Counted from the stretch's first letter, positions 26,511 to 39,893 are shown. The stretch: DNA of 64,000 bases from Azolla caroliniana (GCA_043228905.1 JBHGNT010000002.1:6634001-6698000); one strand, 5' to 3'. The notes: generated by a model not told the origin, from the letters alone. Translations and numbers: made by a program.

Positions 26511-27517
26511 GATCAGATCTATTAACTTCTGTATATGTATGTGTATGTGTAGGAAATCAATGGTTTCTGGTTCATGACCATATCTGCAGCTTTTATGGTA
26601 GCTCACAAGTGTACGTCTAGCATCACCCTCTTTTTTTTTGGGTCTTTCTTTTGTACTATCCTAAAAGTAGCTGTTAGTACCGAAAATGCAAAGGCATGAT
26701 TCATGAACTCTTAAGTCAACTAGTCCGAATGGTTATAAAGTACTTTGATGATTATAATGTGGGCGTTTCTCTTGTACTAACATATTTAAAGGTAATCGCT
26801 ACTTATACATTAGCCCTCGACGGGTTGACCAGCTTGCCAGCTTGCAATCTGTTCTCCTGTCCATCTTCTCCTTTTGGCTTCTTTTACATACCCCTTTCCC
26901 TATGCCGGGGCACGAGTATGTTGCATCTATTTTTAGGGTTAGTATTCGTGCACGCTTGTTTGGGTAGATTAAAGTTCATGTATGTATATACGAGGGCGTG
27001 CCATAATATGCTAGGGTATTCTAGAGATTTTAAAAATATGTTAGTGTTACGGTTAGTGTCATCACGTGCTAGGGTATTGTAGAGACTTTTAAAATATGTT
27101 AGTGTTTGTGTTAGTGCATGATTTTCTCTTCACAAGTGCTCGTTCAAACCAACATCATTACCTTTATCCCCATGATCAACATCGATTTCCCTATTTATAT
27201 CATTATGGGCCTATAACGCAACTTTTGTGGGGTTGCATAGACTCAATTCAAGTTATATTTATATTTATTTTAAACCCTTGGAATTTGGTATACATTATCT
27301 GTAGTCAACTATTTGCTTAATAAAAATGACAAAGAGGAAGTTTCCTTCGCAAGTGCAATAAAGGAAATTGCATAAAGTAAACATTGCAGAAGCCCCAATC
27401 TACAAAGTGCACAAAATATTGTTATAACAGTTATGAACCGTTCTCGCGTTGTTACGCGCGTGTGTGGAGAAAGGGGCGGGACCACGGGGGTCTTGAACCG
27501 AGGAGCGAGAGAGAGGG

Positions 27518-27581
<64 letters not shown>

Positions 27582-27819
27582 AGATACGCGGAGCGAGAAG
27601 GCGAAATATGGAATGTAACACTTGATTTCAGTAATAAGAGATTACAATGACAAGAGAATACGACTCTGACAGTTACAACCGACAAGGCGATCCTACTCAC
27701 ACACAGAAAATCACACGCTCGACACCCAGAAACAAAACAAAGGGGGGGGGGGGGGGGGGGGAGCCTCTGCTGGAAGCGCACGGGCTGTCCTCGAAGCAGA
27801 GGCGGCGCACTCTTGACCC

Positions 27820-27931
27820 GGGCCCCTCGTGGGACGTAAAACTGGGCCGCCGTGATAGCCTCCCCGCTAGCATCTCAGCCGCCAACACCATGCTCCCCGC
27901 ACCATTCGAATCATTGGCCACCATCATTGCC
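27820..27931 (+). other. Peroxidase exon-2 fragment inserted in the gypsy 3' LTR
   Basis: It encodes [37 protein letters not shown] and matches 42307-42418 with one visible mismatch. It is absent from the other LTR. Confidence 0.95.
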
Positions 27932-28365
27932 TCTGCTGGAAGCGCACGGGCTGTCCTCGAAGCAGAGGCGGCGAACTCCTGACCCATAGAGACCGACGAC
28001 CGGAGGAGAAGAGAGAGCTTGGCACTCAGATCTGCAGCAGCACTTCGTCCTCCCTTGCGCGCGATCCCTTTCTCCCCTCTCCCTTCCCCTTTTTATCCCC
28101 ATCCTCCTGTCAATTTGCTTTATTCCCTGCCCCCCCCCTGAGAGAGATACACACAATCCCCCTAATAAATGCGTGCTGCTTAGTATTTACATCCACCGAT
28201 CCGTGTACAAAATATCAAGTCACGCGTCCATCCGTGTAAGAGCTAGTTTATGCGCTTTCTCTCTGATTCCGCCTATGGCTGGTTTTCTTCACGACATCCA
28301 CCCCCACCAAACCGCGCATCCACCGGTATGCGCCAGAGACGGGTATATATCGAAGAAACCCGGCC

Positions 28366-31300
28366 TCACTCGTTGCTCTCCGATTCTCCGCCGGACCCGA
28401 ACTGATCGTCGTTGTCGCTCCTGCTCACAGGCTTCGGCTCGTCTTCGAACCGCTTTTTGAATGCTTTGATCCGCTTTCCGGCCACCGGCACTGCTAACCG
28501 TGTCCCGTCGAGTTCCGCGAGGTGGTATGTGCCGTTGTCGTTCGCGCTCGTCACCGTGTAGGGCCCGAACCATCTTCTAGCGAACTTTCGCACCGCCTTG
28601 TGCTGATTGTTGAGGCTGCTGTCATATACCAAGATCCAGTCGCCTTCCTCGATCTTCTTTGGTCGCAACCGGTGCATCCGGTTGAACCAGATCTTGTTCT
28701 GCTCCCTTGCCGCTCGCAGCTTTTCCTTCGCTTGTATCACGTCCTCCGGCCTCCGCTCAAGTTGCCGAATCCGCGCCGCCAGCAACTCCTCCCGACTCAT
28801 TTCGTCCTTCCAATCTACAGCCGCCCACAAAGAAACTGTCCGTTCCACCGGCATGATCGGCTTTTGTCCGTACATCAGCTCTGCCGGCATAAACCCTGTC
28901 ACCCAACTGTGGGTAGTTCGGTCCGCCCATAGTGTGTAAGGAAGGAGTCGTGGCCAATTCCCGACCTGTCCTCCGCATGCACGCACCAACGCCTTTACGA
29001 TAGGCCCGTGCCCCCGTTCTACCTTTCCGTTTGCCTTCGGATTGTATGCTGTAGTGAGGGAGAATTTGACGCCTAGCCGGCCGAACAACTCCTCAGCTTC
29101 CCGCGCATCCAGCTCTCCCCGGTCCGCCACGATCCTCCTGATGCACCCATACCGACAAACTACTTTTTCGATAAGGAACCGGCATACCGCCGCGGTTGTC
29201 TTGCTTTGCAGTGCACGACCTTCACCTGGTTCGTTAAGTCTTCCCGTGCAAGCACCAGGTATCGCATTTGTCCTACCCCCATCGGCATCGTCACCAAGTC
29301 TACCATCCACTTGAAATGGACCGTAGGCGGGTAGGTCGGGTGTAGCTTGTCCCGGTGTCGGACTTCGGAGTGCATCTGACAACTTTCGCAAGTCGTTACG
29401 AACCGATGCACGTCCTGGTACAGCCCCGGCCACCAGTACTTTCCCTTCAGCTTCTCGAACGTGGCCCACGTTCCGCGGTGTCCGGCCCAGGGGCTCTCAT
29501 GAAATGCCGCCAGCAGTCCCCCCTGTTCTTCTTTCTCTGCCACTACTCGGAGTGGGATGCCGCTTCTCTTCTTAGGGTGCCTCCATATGCACTCGTCCCG
29601 CAGGAAGAATCGGTACGCCTTCTTCCGTATCCGGCTTGCCTCCTCTCTCACCCATGTTGCGTCTGGCGCCATTGTCCGTAGGAACCTCTCGATTTGGAGC
29701 CACTCCCCGTCGTACTTGCTTTCATCAAATTCGTTAAGCACCGGAGTGTTCCCTTCCCTCGTTGTTACGTTAGCCGACCCGAAGAAGTCCTCGCCGACTT
29801 CTTCGTCATCCGAAACCATGCCGTCTTCGTCGTTGAACCTTGCCCTCGAAAGCATGTCGGCCATGGCGTTGTCCTTTCCGGAGATGTGCCGTATCTCCAG
29901 GTTCAGGGACTTAATGTACGCTATCCACCGGAGCATTGCTAGGTCCGGCGTCGCGCATCTGGAAACCATGCTGAGTATCGGCAGGCAGTCCGTCTCGATG
30001 ATCACCTCCGTCCCGATCAGATAATCCTTGTCGGCCTTGACTGCCGAAACGACACCCGAAAGTTCGCGCTTAACTTGGGCGTATCCTCGCTGCCGCTCAC
30101 TCAATACTTTCGCCCCGAACCGGATCGGGAATCGTACGCCGTCCTCGTCCTCCTGACTGATTACCAATCCAATCCCGATCGGGATGGTGTCCACCATCAC
30201 GCAGATGGGAACATCCTTGCCGTAAACCGCTTTAGGGAGAGCCGGCGCTACCGTAACCACCTCCTTTAGTGTCCGTACAGACTCCGTGTGCTCCGTTCTC
30301 CACTCAAAGCTACGCCCCTTTTTCAATAGTCCATAGAGGGGTTCCGCGACATGTGCGTAGTGCGGGATCCAGATGTGGTAGAATGCGCATGCTCCCAAGA
30401 ATCTGCAGACCTCCGTGACCGAATTGCAGTCATGCTTCATCGCGGAGATGGCTTCTACCTTGGCCGGAGACGGTTTCCGACCGTATGGTCCGCACAGGTG
30501 CCCGACGACCATGATCTCTGATTGCCCGAAGGCCGACTTTTCCCCGGAGAAGGTGAGCCTCGCGTCTTCTAGTCTCTGTAGCACCTTCTCACAGTCATCG
30601 ATGTGGGACGCCACGAAATTCAGACATCCGTCCGGCCCGATTGCTTCGTCCTTTTTCTCCACCGGGCATCCCCTGATCGGGATGTCGTCTAAGAATGGCA
30701 TGGTGATGTCCGGGATACAATCCCTGAGCACCTTGTTAATCGCGTTCACCATGTGAGCCACCGAGTTCGTTCCTCCTTGTGGCAGGGTACACATCCGCAC
30801 TAGGCCGAGAGGAGTCCTCATCATCGTAATGTCTCTGCTCTCCACGGCTAGTTGGAACTGATTGTACCCCGAGTACAGATCACCGACAAAATAGATCGAC
30901 CTTCCAGCGAAGGCCTCCGCGAACTCGTCTATGGTCAGTCCGACTCCTGCATTACGGATGGTCACCTTGTTGACCGGTTGCAGGTCCTGAATGAAGCGCA
31001 ACGTGCCGTTCTTTTTCGGCACCGTAAACCACTGATTCGAATACGGGGCACTCGACGGTTCGACGATGCCCATCTCCACCTTTTGCTTCAAGGGCTCCAT
31101 CAACTTCGGGATGTGCGCTCTCGGCACTAGAATCGGCTTGAGGTTCCACGGTACATGCGGTACCGTGAAGATCACCATCGGTTCGACAATTGTCGGGTCT
31201 ACGCACCCGATCTCCTCCGGTGAGAATGCAAAAGCCCTCCCGTGCCTCCCGAGCATTCTCCGAAATTGGTCCTCCTTCGCCGGCAGTAGAAAGCCACCCC

Positions 31301-31853
31301 CACCGATCTTGAGCTCCTGTAGCGTTATGTCGGTGAACAGGTGCCCTATGCCGGCCGGATTCCGTAAACTTGGGTCCAACGCAACCCCTTTTATCCGCTT
31401 CTCGTTGCCCTCCGGCAAGGGTGCCGCGACTGGCCTCACCTTCCGGTCCACAGTCTTGTACTTTGTATCCACGCAGGCCATTTGATCCGACCTGATCCTT
31501 TCCCCGAAGTCCGCGATGACTTCGTACATTCCCATCGACCCTACCGGAACGGTCCGGTCTTCTCTAAGGTCTTCACCGATCACCTTTAGCAGTTCGCCCA
31601 AGGTGTCATCAAAAGAGACCACCTCCACGGCGTCGCTGATGTCTTCGTCGGGGAAGAGGACTCCGCAACCCCTGAGCCGCTCCTCCGCTCGCTTCCTTTC
31701 CCGGCCGCTGACGCCGGTCATAGTACAACCTCCGTTGTCCGAGAACCAAAATTTCCTACCTATGGTACAGGTCTTCTTCCGTACTGTACATTTGTGGGGT
31801 TTTTCCTGGGTGTCCGGACTATCGCGGCCCCACGCCTTGATAGCCCTCTCTAA
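28366..31853 (-). pseudogene. Gypsy pol (RT-RNaseH-integrase); one frameshift near 29225
   Basis: RT DLYSGY..LPQG..FLDD; RNaseH ETDC..DNAMADMLSR; INT HHCC finger, ADRGEL, YNPKANGKVERGH and the GPY motif (RWFGPY). Confidence 0.93.
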
Positions 31854-31859
31854 AAATCC
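31816..31859 (-). promoter_or_regulatory. Putative -1 programmed ribosomal frameshift signal
   Basis: G GAU UUU UAG, a 6-nt spacer, and the stem GGGCUAUC/GAUAGUCC. The -1 frame is open into the RT ORF. Confidence 0.7.
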
Positions 31860-33990
31860 CCTCGGGTTTGGCCGCCGAGGGCCTCGCGGTTACGCTCATG
31901 GTTTGGTCGCACCATCAGGAACTGGACCGAGTGACGCCCGTCCTGGCTCTTGACTCTTGCATACACTGAACCGTTGTCCAGCACCTTGGTCTCCATCCGT
32001 GCCGCCGTGATATATGGCTCTCCTAGTATAACCGGATGTGAGGACGTCTCCTGCACGAAGAAGTGCTGGTCGATCTCGACATCGCCGATTTTCACCCGTA
32101 CGTTCGGACAGGCCCCATGTAGTTCTTCCGTGGCGCGTGTCGCTGCCCGTATCTTCCAGCCATGCTTGGTGTTGATTGGCCATTTACCCTTCTTGTAGAA
32201 ATCGACGGACATCAGGTTGATTTCAGATCCATGGTCTACCAATGCCACCACCGGTTCCAGAACGTTGCCGATCCGTACAGGGGTTTCCGTCGTTGCCCTG
32301 GCCTAATGCGGCTTCGTGTAGTGGCTTCCTGCCAGCTCGTCTTCTAGGGCTTCGTCTTCCAGGTGCGTGGTCTGCACCTCCACCGGTTTCTCCAGTTCCG
32401 GCTCCGTTGAGAGCCTCTTCCGCTTCACCAAGTCTACGATAGAGTCGTGGAACTCCCTCTTGGCGATTCCCAACACCTCCCGCAATGACAACTCCACTTT
32501 GCTATCGAGAATACGTTCCTCTAGGACCTTTCGCAGGTCTGTGGTCCTTTCGATCTCGATGCTCAACCAAAACCCCGCTTGCTTCTTTCCGTCCGGCGTG
32601 CCTGGGTTGCCGGCACCGGTCGGTTTCGGTCCGAACCGGGTCTCATACCTCTGCAGGGGGCCGGCCCCTCCGACCTTTCCTGCCCGTTTGTCCTCCACCA
32701 AAACCTCATAGTTCTGGCAAGCGGCTTCCACGAAGCCCATTTTCTCTTCGACCGGATCGTCCAAACCGGTGACCTCCTGGACCCGCTGTTCCGCGCAGTC
32801 CGCCTGTTCCTTCTTTAGCCATACTCCGGAGAGGCCTTCTAGCACTAGCGGCCAGAATCCGGAGTGCTTCGCCTTTCGGGTCTCATCACCCCTGACCCGA
32901 ATTCCCGCCGACACCGAGTAGTTGACGGCTTCAACGTGCTGTGCTGCGGCCTCTTCCATCAACCTCTTCATTCCGCTGCACCCCGTATTCAGTTCCAGGG
33001 CTCTCCGGGTCTCGGTTGCGTGCACCTGCCCGTTCCAGAGGTACACCACGTTGGTCCTGAGCGCGTCGGCGAAATCCGCGCACTCCTTCCGAATGTGACC
33101 GATCGCGTCACACCACATGCACCGCTACCCAACCGGCGGCCTCCGGTCGCGAGGTTGTTCGCCGCTGTCTCTCCGGGCCTGTGCGATCTGCAGGTCACGC
33201 ACCATTTGTGCCAGCTCCTCCAGAGCCGCTCCTCCAGAGCCGCTCCTCCAGATGGGCCTCTGGCCACGTCATTCGATGCCGACCCCGAGTCTAGCCAGAT
33301 TCGGGTTTCTTCCGTCCTACCGGCCGGCACTGATACCTGCTCCTCGAGCCTCCTCCCCGGGACTGGCCCCGACCCCGACGAGCTTCCGTCGTTCCAATCG
33401 CGTCGTTTGTCGAAACAGCTGCAGACTCGTTTTACCACGACCCAGTCTGCCGTGAGCCCTTCGTCCGTTTCCAATAGGGGACCCACCTTTTCCTTGTCGA
33501 TCGCGTCCACCGACTTGACAAATAGTAGTACTCGACTTGTTTCGAGCACCGTCCGGTCCAACGTCGACAGCCGCACGAACCGTTTTTCGAACTCCTAGCG
33601 GAGCACCGACGTGTTCCTCCCCTTTCCGGGGCTTTCCACCCATGCCATGAAGTCCCGCCTCGACAGCCGAAGCAAGTCGTCAAACCCGTACTTCTCGAGG
33701 AGCTGCAGCTCGAACTCCTCCCAAGTCTAGCATCCGGCCAACACCTCGAGCACTTCCGCGTGGATGCCCGGCGTCACCATCCGAGGGAATCCAGACAACC
33801 GCCTGTCCACCGGCATATCCCTCATGATCATTTCGGCCCGGTAAGCCTCCAAATAATTTGTGGCGTCTTTCCCTCCAAAGCGGCCTATAGAGCCGACGAT
33901 TGATTCAATGGCTCTGTCGAGGGTACCCGTCCCTTCACGAGCGCTCACCAGCCGGTCGACGGCCACCGCCATTGCCTCTGCTAGCTCCGA
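31850..33990 (-). pseudogene. Gypsy gag-protease, disrupted
   Basis: Gag RFGGKDATNYLEAY, zinc knuckle CxxCDAIGHIRKEC and protease ALVDHGSEINLM are present. The in-frame TAG at 32303 probably derives from TGG. Confidence 0.85.
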
Positions 33991-34021
33991 TCGCCTCATC
34001 TTTGGACTCCTCTGCCGCCCG

Positions 34022-34039
34022 TTCACGTCGGGTTGACCA
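34022..34039 (-). promoter_or_regulatory. Primer-binding site complementary to tRNA-Trp
   Basis: Plus-strand TTCACGTCGGGTTGACCA resembles the plant tRNA-Trp 3' end (..TTCACGTCGGGTTCACCA, recalled from memory). It lies 4 nt from the LTR. Confidence 0.8.
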
Positions 34040-34098
34040 AATATGTCGTGTTGTTACGCGCGTGCGTGGAGAAAAGGGCGGGACCACGGGGGTCTTGA

Positions 34099-34176
<78 letters not shown>

Positions 34177-34800
34177 AAATATGCGGAGCGAGAAGGCGAA
34201 ATATGGAACGTAACACTTGATTTCAGTAATAAGAGATTACAATGACAAGAGAATACGACTCTGACAGTTACAACCGACAAGGCGGGGACGTGGATCCTAC
34301 TCACACACATAGACAATCACACACTCGACAACCAGAAACAAAACAAGGGGGGGGGGGGGGGGGGAGCCTCTGTTGGAAACGCACGGGCTGTCCTCGAAGC
34401 AGAGGAGGTGGACTCCCGACCCACAGAGACCGACGACCGGAGAAGAAGAGAGAGCTCGACACTCAGATTTGCAGCAACACTTCGTCCTCCCTTGCGCGCG
34501 ATCCCTTTCTGCCCTCTCCCTTCTCCTTTTTATCCCCATCCTCCTGTCAATTTGCTTTATTCCCTGCCCCCCCCTGAGAGAGAAACGCACAATCCCCCTA
34601 ATAAATGCATGCTGCTTAGTATTTACATCCACCGATCCGTGTACAAAATATCAAGTCACGCGTCCATCCGTGTAAGAGCCGGTTTATGCGCTTTCTCTCC
34701 GATTCCGCCTATGGCCGGTTTTCTTCACGACATCGTTCAAACTACATTAGATCGTAATTTTGTTGGAAAGCTTGAACATGTCCTTATGGCCTACCTCATC

Positions 34801-36813
34801 TTAGCAATAGCTATTGCTAATAGCTATTTAGCTATTACGAGTGGCTAGTTAGCTATGGTCATATTCTGATGCTACTTAGCAATGGTTGTAGATAACTAGC
34901 TATTGCCAGTAGCTAGTAGGAGACACAGTTAGCTAAATCGATTATGTAGTTACATAGGAGACATAACTATCTAGACCTGATGATGCTAACTAGCTACGCC
35001 CTTACCAAATGTACCAAATTAGCTATGGCCAATAATGTATGTGGCTAATTAGCTATGCCCGATCCTTGATGTAGCTGATTACCTAGTGATTGTAATCTCA
35101 ATAGTGTATAGGCTTGTGACAATAAGCTCAAAAATCAAAACAAAAGTTGAGATAAATGTAAATACCTGAGGTACATCAAGAAGATGAATGGGATGCTCCT
35201 CGTATTGACTACTTCTAACACGTTTCCTGCATAAATCCTTCTTATTGGGTGAAGCCCTACTCTCCTTAGTCTAAAATATGGTGATTATATCATTGATTTA
35301 TGATGTTATGGGTGTCACTGCCTTACATCTTGTTGTTAGCTTTAGCAGACTAATTCCTTCACCACTTGAATTAATCCGGTTCATTGTATTGTAGACACTT
35401 TTTCTACTAGCACTAATTACCTTAGATAGCACATTGATGTTAAGATCGTCAACATCACTATTAAGTAACATCATTAGACTAGACCTTTTTAAGACAAAAT
35501 CATCTTCTGACCTGCTCATGGATACCAAACTATTACGGAGATTATTTACTAGTACAGATGTTATGTTTGCATTAAGACCATCACAATCAACTAACTCCTT
35601 TACCAACGGATCATTTAATATTCCATAAAGCACTACCTTATTGTCTTCATAGCTGATGTGCTTGGTCTGCACATTGAAATAGTTTACAACCTTTCTCTCT
35701 ATGATAATAGTATCATTACTTCCATTCTCATTGGTATTCAGACCTACATCGCAACCAATACTATCCTTACCTTTAGTGAATGTGTCTTTCTTATCCTTCA
35801 ACATTTGATGATGTTTCCTTTTTTTTTCTGCCCAATACTTTCGTATCGCTTGTTGTGTACTGATAGCGTCATCCCTATCTTGATGATCCATGAGGGTTGT
35901 TGGTAAACACCCTCCTTCCCCTTCCATTTGGCTTGACATATTCATTAGTAAATTGAAACAAAAAATAGACACGTAGCTAGTTACTGAACCACATGCAAAC
36001 CGGTTTTTGACAGACAAAGATTATATAGAAGATTATACACAACAATACACAAGATAATCAATAGACGAAGATGTAGATGCAATGGCTACCAGTCGGAGTG
36101 AACAATTATTGCAATCCAGGACCGAACAGTCGCGGCAACTGAGAGTACAATAGTGACAATGAAGGAGTGAACTCCGTCCGATCGAATAGAGGCAACAATC
36201 CAGGACCGAACAATAGCGGCAACGGAGTGTAAAATGGCGGCAATGGAGGAGTGAGTTGCATCGGATCGAACAATGGCTAAAATCTAGGACTAAACAATGG
36301 CGACAACTGAGAGTACAATGGTGACAATGGAAGAGTGAACTCCGTCGGAGCGAATAGTGGCAACAATCCAAGACTGAACAATGGTGGTAACTGAATGTAG
36401 AATGGCGGCAATGGAGGAGTGAACTCCGTCGGATTGAACAATGGGAACAATTGAGGACTGAATAGTGACGACAACTGAGTGTAGAATGGAGGCAATGGAG
36501 GTGTGAACTTCATCGGATCAAACAGTGGGAACAATCCAGGACCGAACAATGGCGGCAATTGAGTGTAGAATGGCTGCAATGGAGGAGGGAACTCCATCGG
36601 ATTGAACAGTGGCAACAATCCAGGGGTGATGGCCAACATGATGTGGCAATGGATCCTGCATAATGGACCTAGGAATTTGGTATATAATTTATTGTGCACG
36701 TTTATGTTGCACATTTATGGTGCTCATTTATATAATTAAAACATTCTAATGTTTTTATTCATGGTGCAAAAATGACTAGTTATCACTGGTAGCTTTTGCA
36801 TAGCTAATTAGCT
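34801..36813. repeat. Second copy of the palindrome array / unknown ORF / 84-bp repeat module
   Basis: Colinear with about 12040-14030 and ends in gctaattagcta abutting the copia integrase. Confidence 0.92.
35166..35939 (-). pseudogene. Unknown ORF (copy 2), probably TE-derived
   Basis: It is open from MSSQMEG to 35298, then continues in frame past two stops as F*TKESRASPNKKDLCRKRVRSSQYEEHPIHLLDVPQ and ends at a CAG|GTATT donor-like site. Confidence 0.55.
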
Positions 36814-39302
36814 ATGTCAAGAATGAAGTCGAGAAAGCCACAGGTCGGCATGTCCGATGGAGGCAAGGAATACTTATTTGATTCATTCACAACATATCTT
36901 CGACAAGAAGGAATTCGACAAGAATTTTCATGTCAACATACGCCGCAACAGGACGGAGTGGCCAAATGCAAAGATCGGCACATTTTCGAAGTAGCACAGG
37001 CCATGTTAAACGAGAAGCACATGCTGAAGTCATATTGGGCCGAAGTGGCAAATACTGCCGTCTACCTCATGAACCAGTCCACAACATTTGGAGTGCACGA
37101 ACGTACCCTCACAAGAAGTATATGGGAAGAAGCCAGATCTATGCCATGTAAGGATATTCGGCTCACTTGCATATGTGCACATTCCCCACGAAAAGCGACA
37201 AAAGCTAGATCCCAAGTCGGAGAAGTGTATCCTCGTAGGATACTTACTAGAGAAAAACGGGTACAAATGCCTCAACCCCTCTATTCGGAAGGTTCGTGTA
37301 AGTCGAGACGCTGTCTTCGACGAATCGAGATCTTGGTACAAACCTGAGCCAACTCCTCCGGAACCATCTATGAACAACCTCAACAACACAGAAAACAATG
37401 ATCAACTAAGGTCAATACCCGAGGAGAGTCTGATCTCAACCAGATTGAGTGGACCATAAGAGCCTCCATGTAACCAAAGCACATCTTAGCCGAATCCAAA
37501 GATGGACAAAGGGAAGGCCAAAATGTCGGATTATGAAGACGATTAATCCGACGGTAACAAATCGACTCACTCACTCGACAATGAGTTTGGTGGCTTGTTT
37601 GGTGGCTTGATGTGCCTCTTATGAGGTCACCCAGAGTTAATAAAGCACTCACATCGGCAAATGAGAAACTCCATCGCTCCACTCGAGAGAAGAATTCGGT
37701 TAGCCGATTCGGCTACAACGACTATATGGCATATCATTATGCCTTTATGATGAAGGTGGTGATAGTTCGGGAACTGGGAAATTTTTCCGAGCCAGCCAAG
37801 GATCCACGATGGGTTGAAGCAATGAATGAGGAGATGGGGGGCACTATGCAAGAACGAGACATGGGATCTCGTTCGTCACTCACCACACAAAGAGGCGATC
37901 GGCTGCAAATGGATTTACAAAGCGAAATATAATGCCGACGGCTCCGTCAATCGCTACAAAGCCGGACTCGTAGCGAAAGGATACGCACAAACCTATGGAG
38001 TCGACTATGAAGAGAATTTTGCTCTGGTGGCAAAGATGACGACTATGCGGACCGTGATTGCACTTGCAGCGACGAAAGGGTGCCACCTCCATTAGAACGT
38101 CTTTCTTCAAGGTGAATTAGAAGATGAGGTGTACATGGTACAACCACACGGCTTCGAATCCAACATCCATCCGAAAGCAGTCTACCGACCAAAGAAGCCA
38201 TTCTACGGCCTTAAGCAAGCACCACATGCTTGGCATTCGAAGATAGTACAATATTTTCATCGAATCGGCTTTAGAATGTCGAAATCCGATAACTCGCTCT
38301 ACATAAGAAGCGATTCTAGAAGTCTGATTGTCATCATCCTATACATGGATGATCTGGTCATTGGAGGTGAAAATCTAGTCGACATCAACAAGGTCAAGTC
38401 CCTCCTCTTTGGCAAATTCGAGATGACGGACATGAAAGAGCTTCATTACTTCCTAGGTATTGAAGTAATTCAAACTCGAGTCGGCATTATGATCTCTCAA
38501 TGACAATAAATCTCGGGATAACTAAGTGTAAGTCTGTGGCAATCCCTCTCGATTGGAACCTAAAGCTAGTTGCCGACTCCGGCACGGAAAACTGCAAGCC
38601 GACTCAATATCGGCAACTGATTGGGAGCCTTATCTATCTCACAATCACTCGACCCAACCTCAGCTACCAATTGGTCTCCTTAGCCAATTTATGCAAAAAC
38701 CATGTGACAATCACATGGATTGTGCTAAGCGAGTGTTATGATACGTATGCGACACAATGGATTGTGACATTCTCTACAAAATGGCAATGCAAATTCAACT
38801 CGAAGGGTACATAGATGCCAACTGGCCCGGCTACAGAGCCGATTGACGATCAACCTCCGTATTTGTTTTCTCCCTCGGCAGCGGAGCAATATCCTGGAGT
38901 AGCAAGAAGCATCCAACCGTTGCTCTTTCGAGCATAGAGGCTAAATACAGGGACGCGATTGTGGTTGCATGTGAAATCGTCTGGTTGAAACGAAATTTGA
39001 AGGATCTAGGCGTTCCCATCAAGGATGTGACTCCCCTTTACTGCGATAACATGACCAGTATTTATCTGGTTCGGAAACCAGTGTTCCACGTGCACACAAA
39101 GCATATCAAGGTGCACTATCACTTCATCCGAGAGCCTGTTCCGACTGGAGATGTCGATCTTCAACACATCAACACAAATTTTCAAATAATCGACATCTTC
39201 ACCAAATCCCTAGGAGCCGACAAGCTTCGACAATTCACATCAGAACTTGGAGTGATGATCCCTGAATTGCCAAGCTTGAGGGGGAGTACAAGAGAGAACT
39301 AG
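36814..39302 (+). pseudogene. Copia B integrase-RT-RNaseH (copy 2), degenerate
   Basis: SDGGKEY, TPQQDGVA, RT motifs and RNaseH LYCDN..HTKHIKVHYHFIRE..IIDIFTKSL. Confidence 0.93.
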
Positions 39303-39432
39303 ATACCATCCGAACTGGGTACCAGCCGAAGCGAACATCAAACAAGAGAGAATCGGATACCGTCTGAACTGGATACCAACCGACGGGGACATCAACCGAA
39401 AGGAACCGACCTGAGTTGAGGTTGAGGGGGCA

Positions 39433-39830
39433 TGTTGAGAATCAAGCTCAACCTAGTCTAGTGTGTGAGCACACCTTTGAGAATCTATAAGCACTCAAAA
39501 GTCAAAACTCACCACTACTCTCTACACATTAAGTATGTGTCATAGAATCATATTCTATGACACATAACTAATGAGCTCCATATTCCCCATGACTAATGAG
39601 TCTCCACATTCCCCAAGGTTCTAGAGAGAGAGTGGGCGTTGTAGTGAGTTAATGAAGAGAGAGGGTGACCTTATATAAAACAGCCTCCTCCTACTTCATA
39701 TATTGTCGATTGTTGCTCCTTGTAATGCTACATTTTTGTACTAAATATTCTCCTTGTTAATATACACCTTCTTGAGTACTTCATTTTCTCTTATCTATCT
39801 TGTGCCTCCCTTCTCTTCTCTTCTCCCCTC

Positions 39831-39893
<63 letters not shown>

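Larger units (their letters stand above)
27442..34732 (-). mobile_element. Full-length Ty3/gypsy element with no visible chromodomain, tRNA-Trp primed, degenerate
   Basis: LTRs lie at 27442-28296 and 34044-34732 (TGTCGTG..CACGACA), with a PPT at 28297-28308 and a PBS at 34022-34039. Domain order is gag-PR-RT-RH-INT. The empty site gaaccgttcaaac is in the paralog at about 62177. The TSD is imperfect (CCGT/TCGT or CGTTC). Confidence 0.95.
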
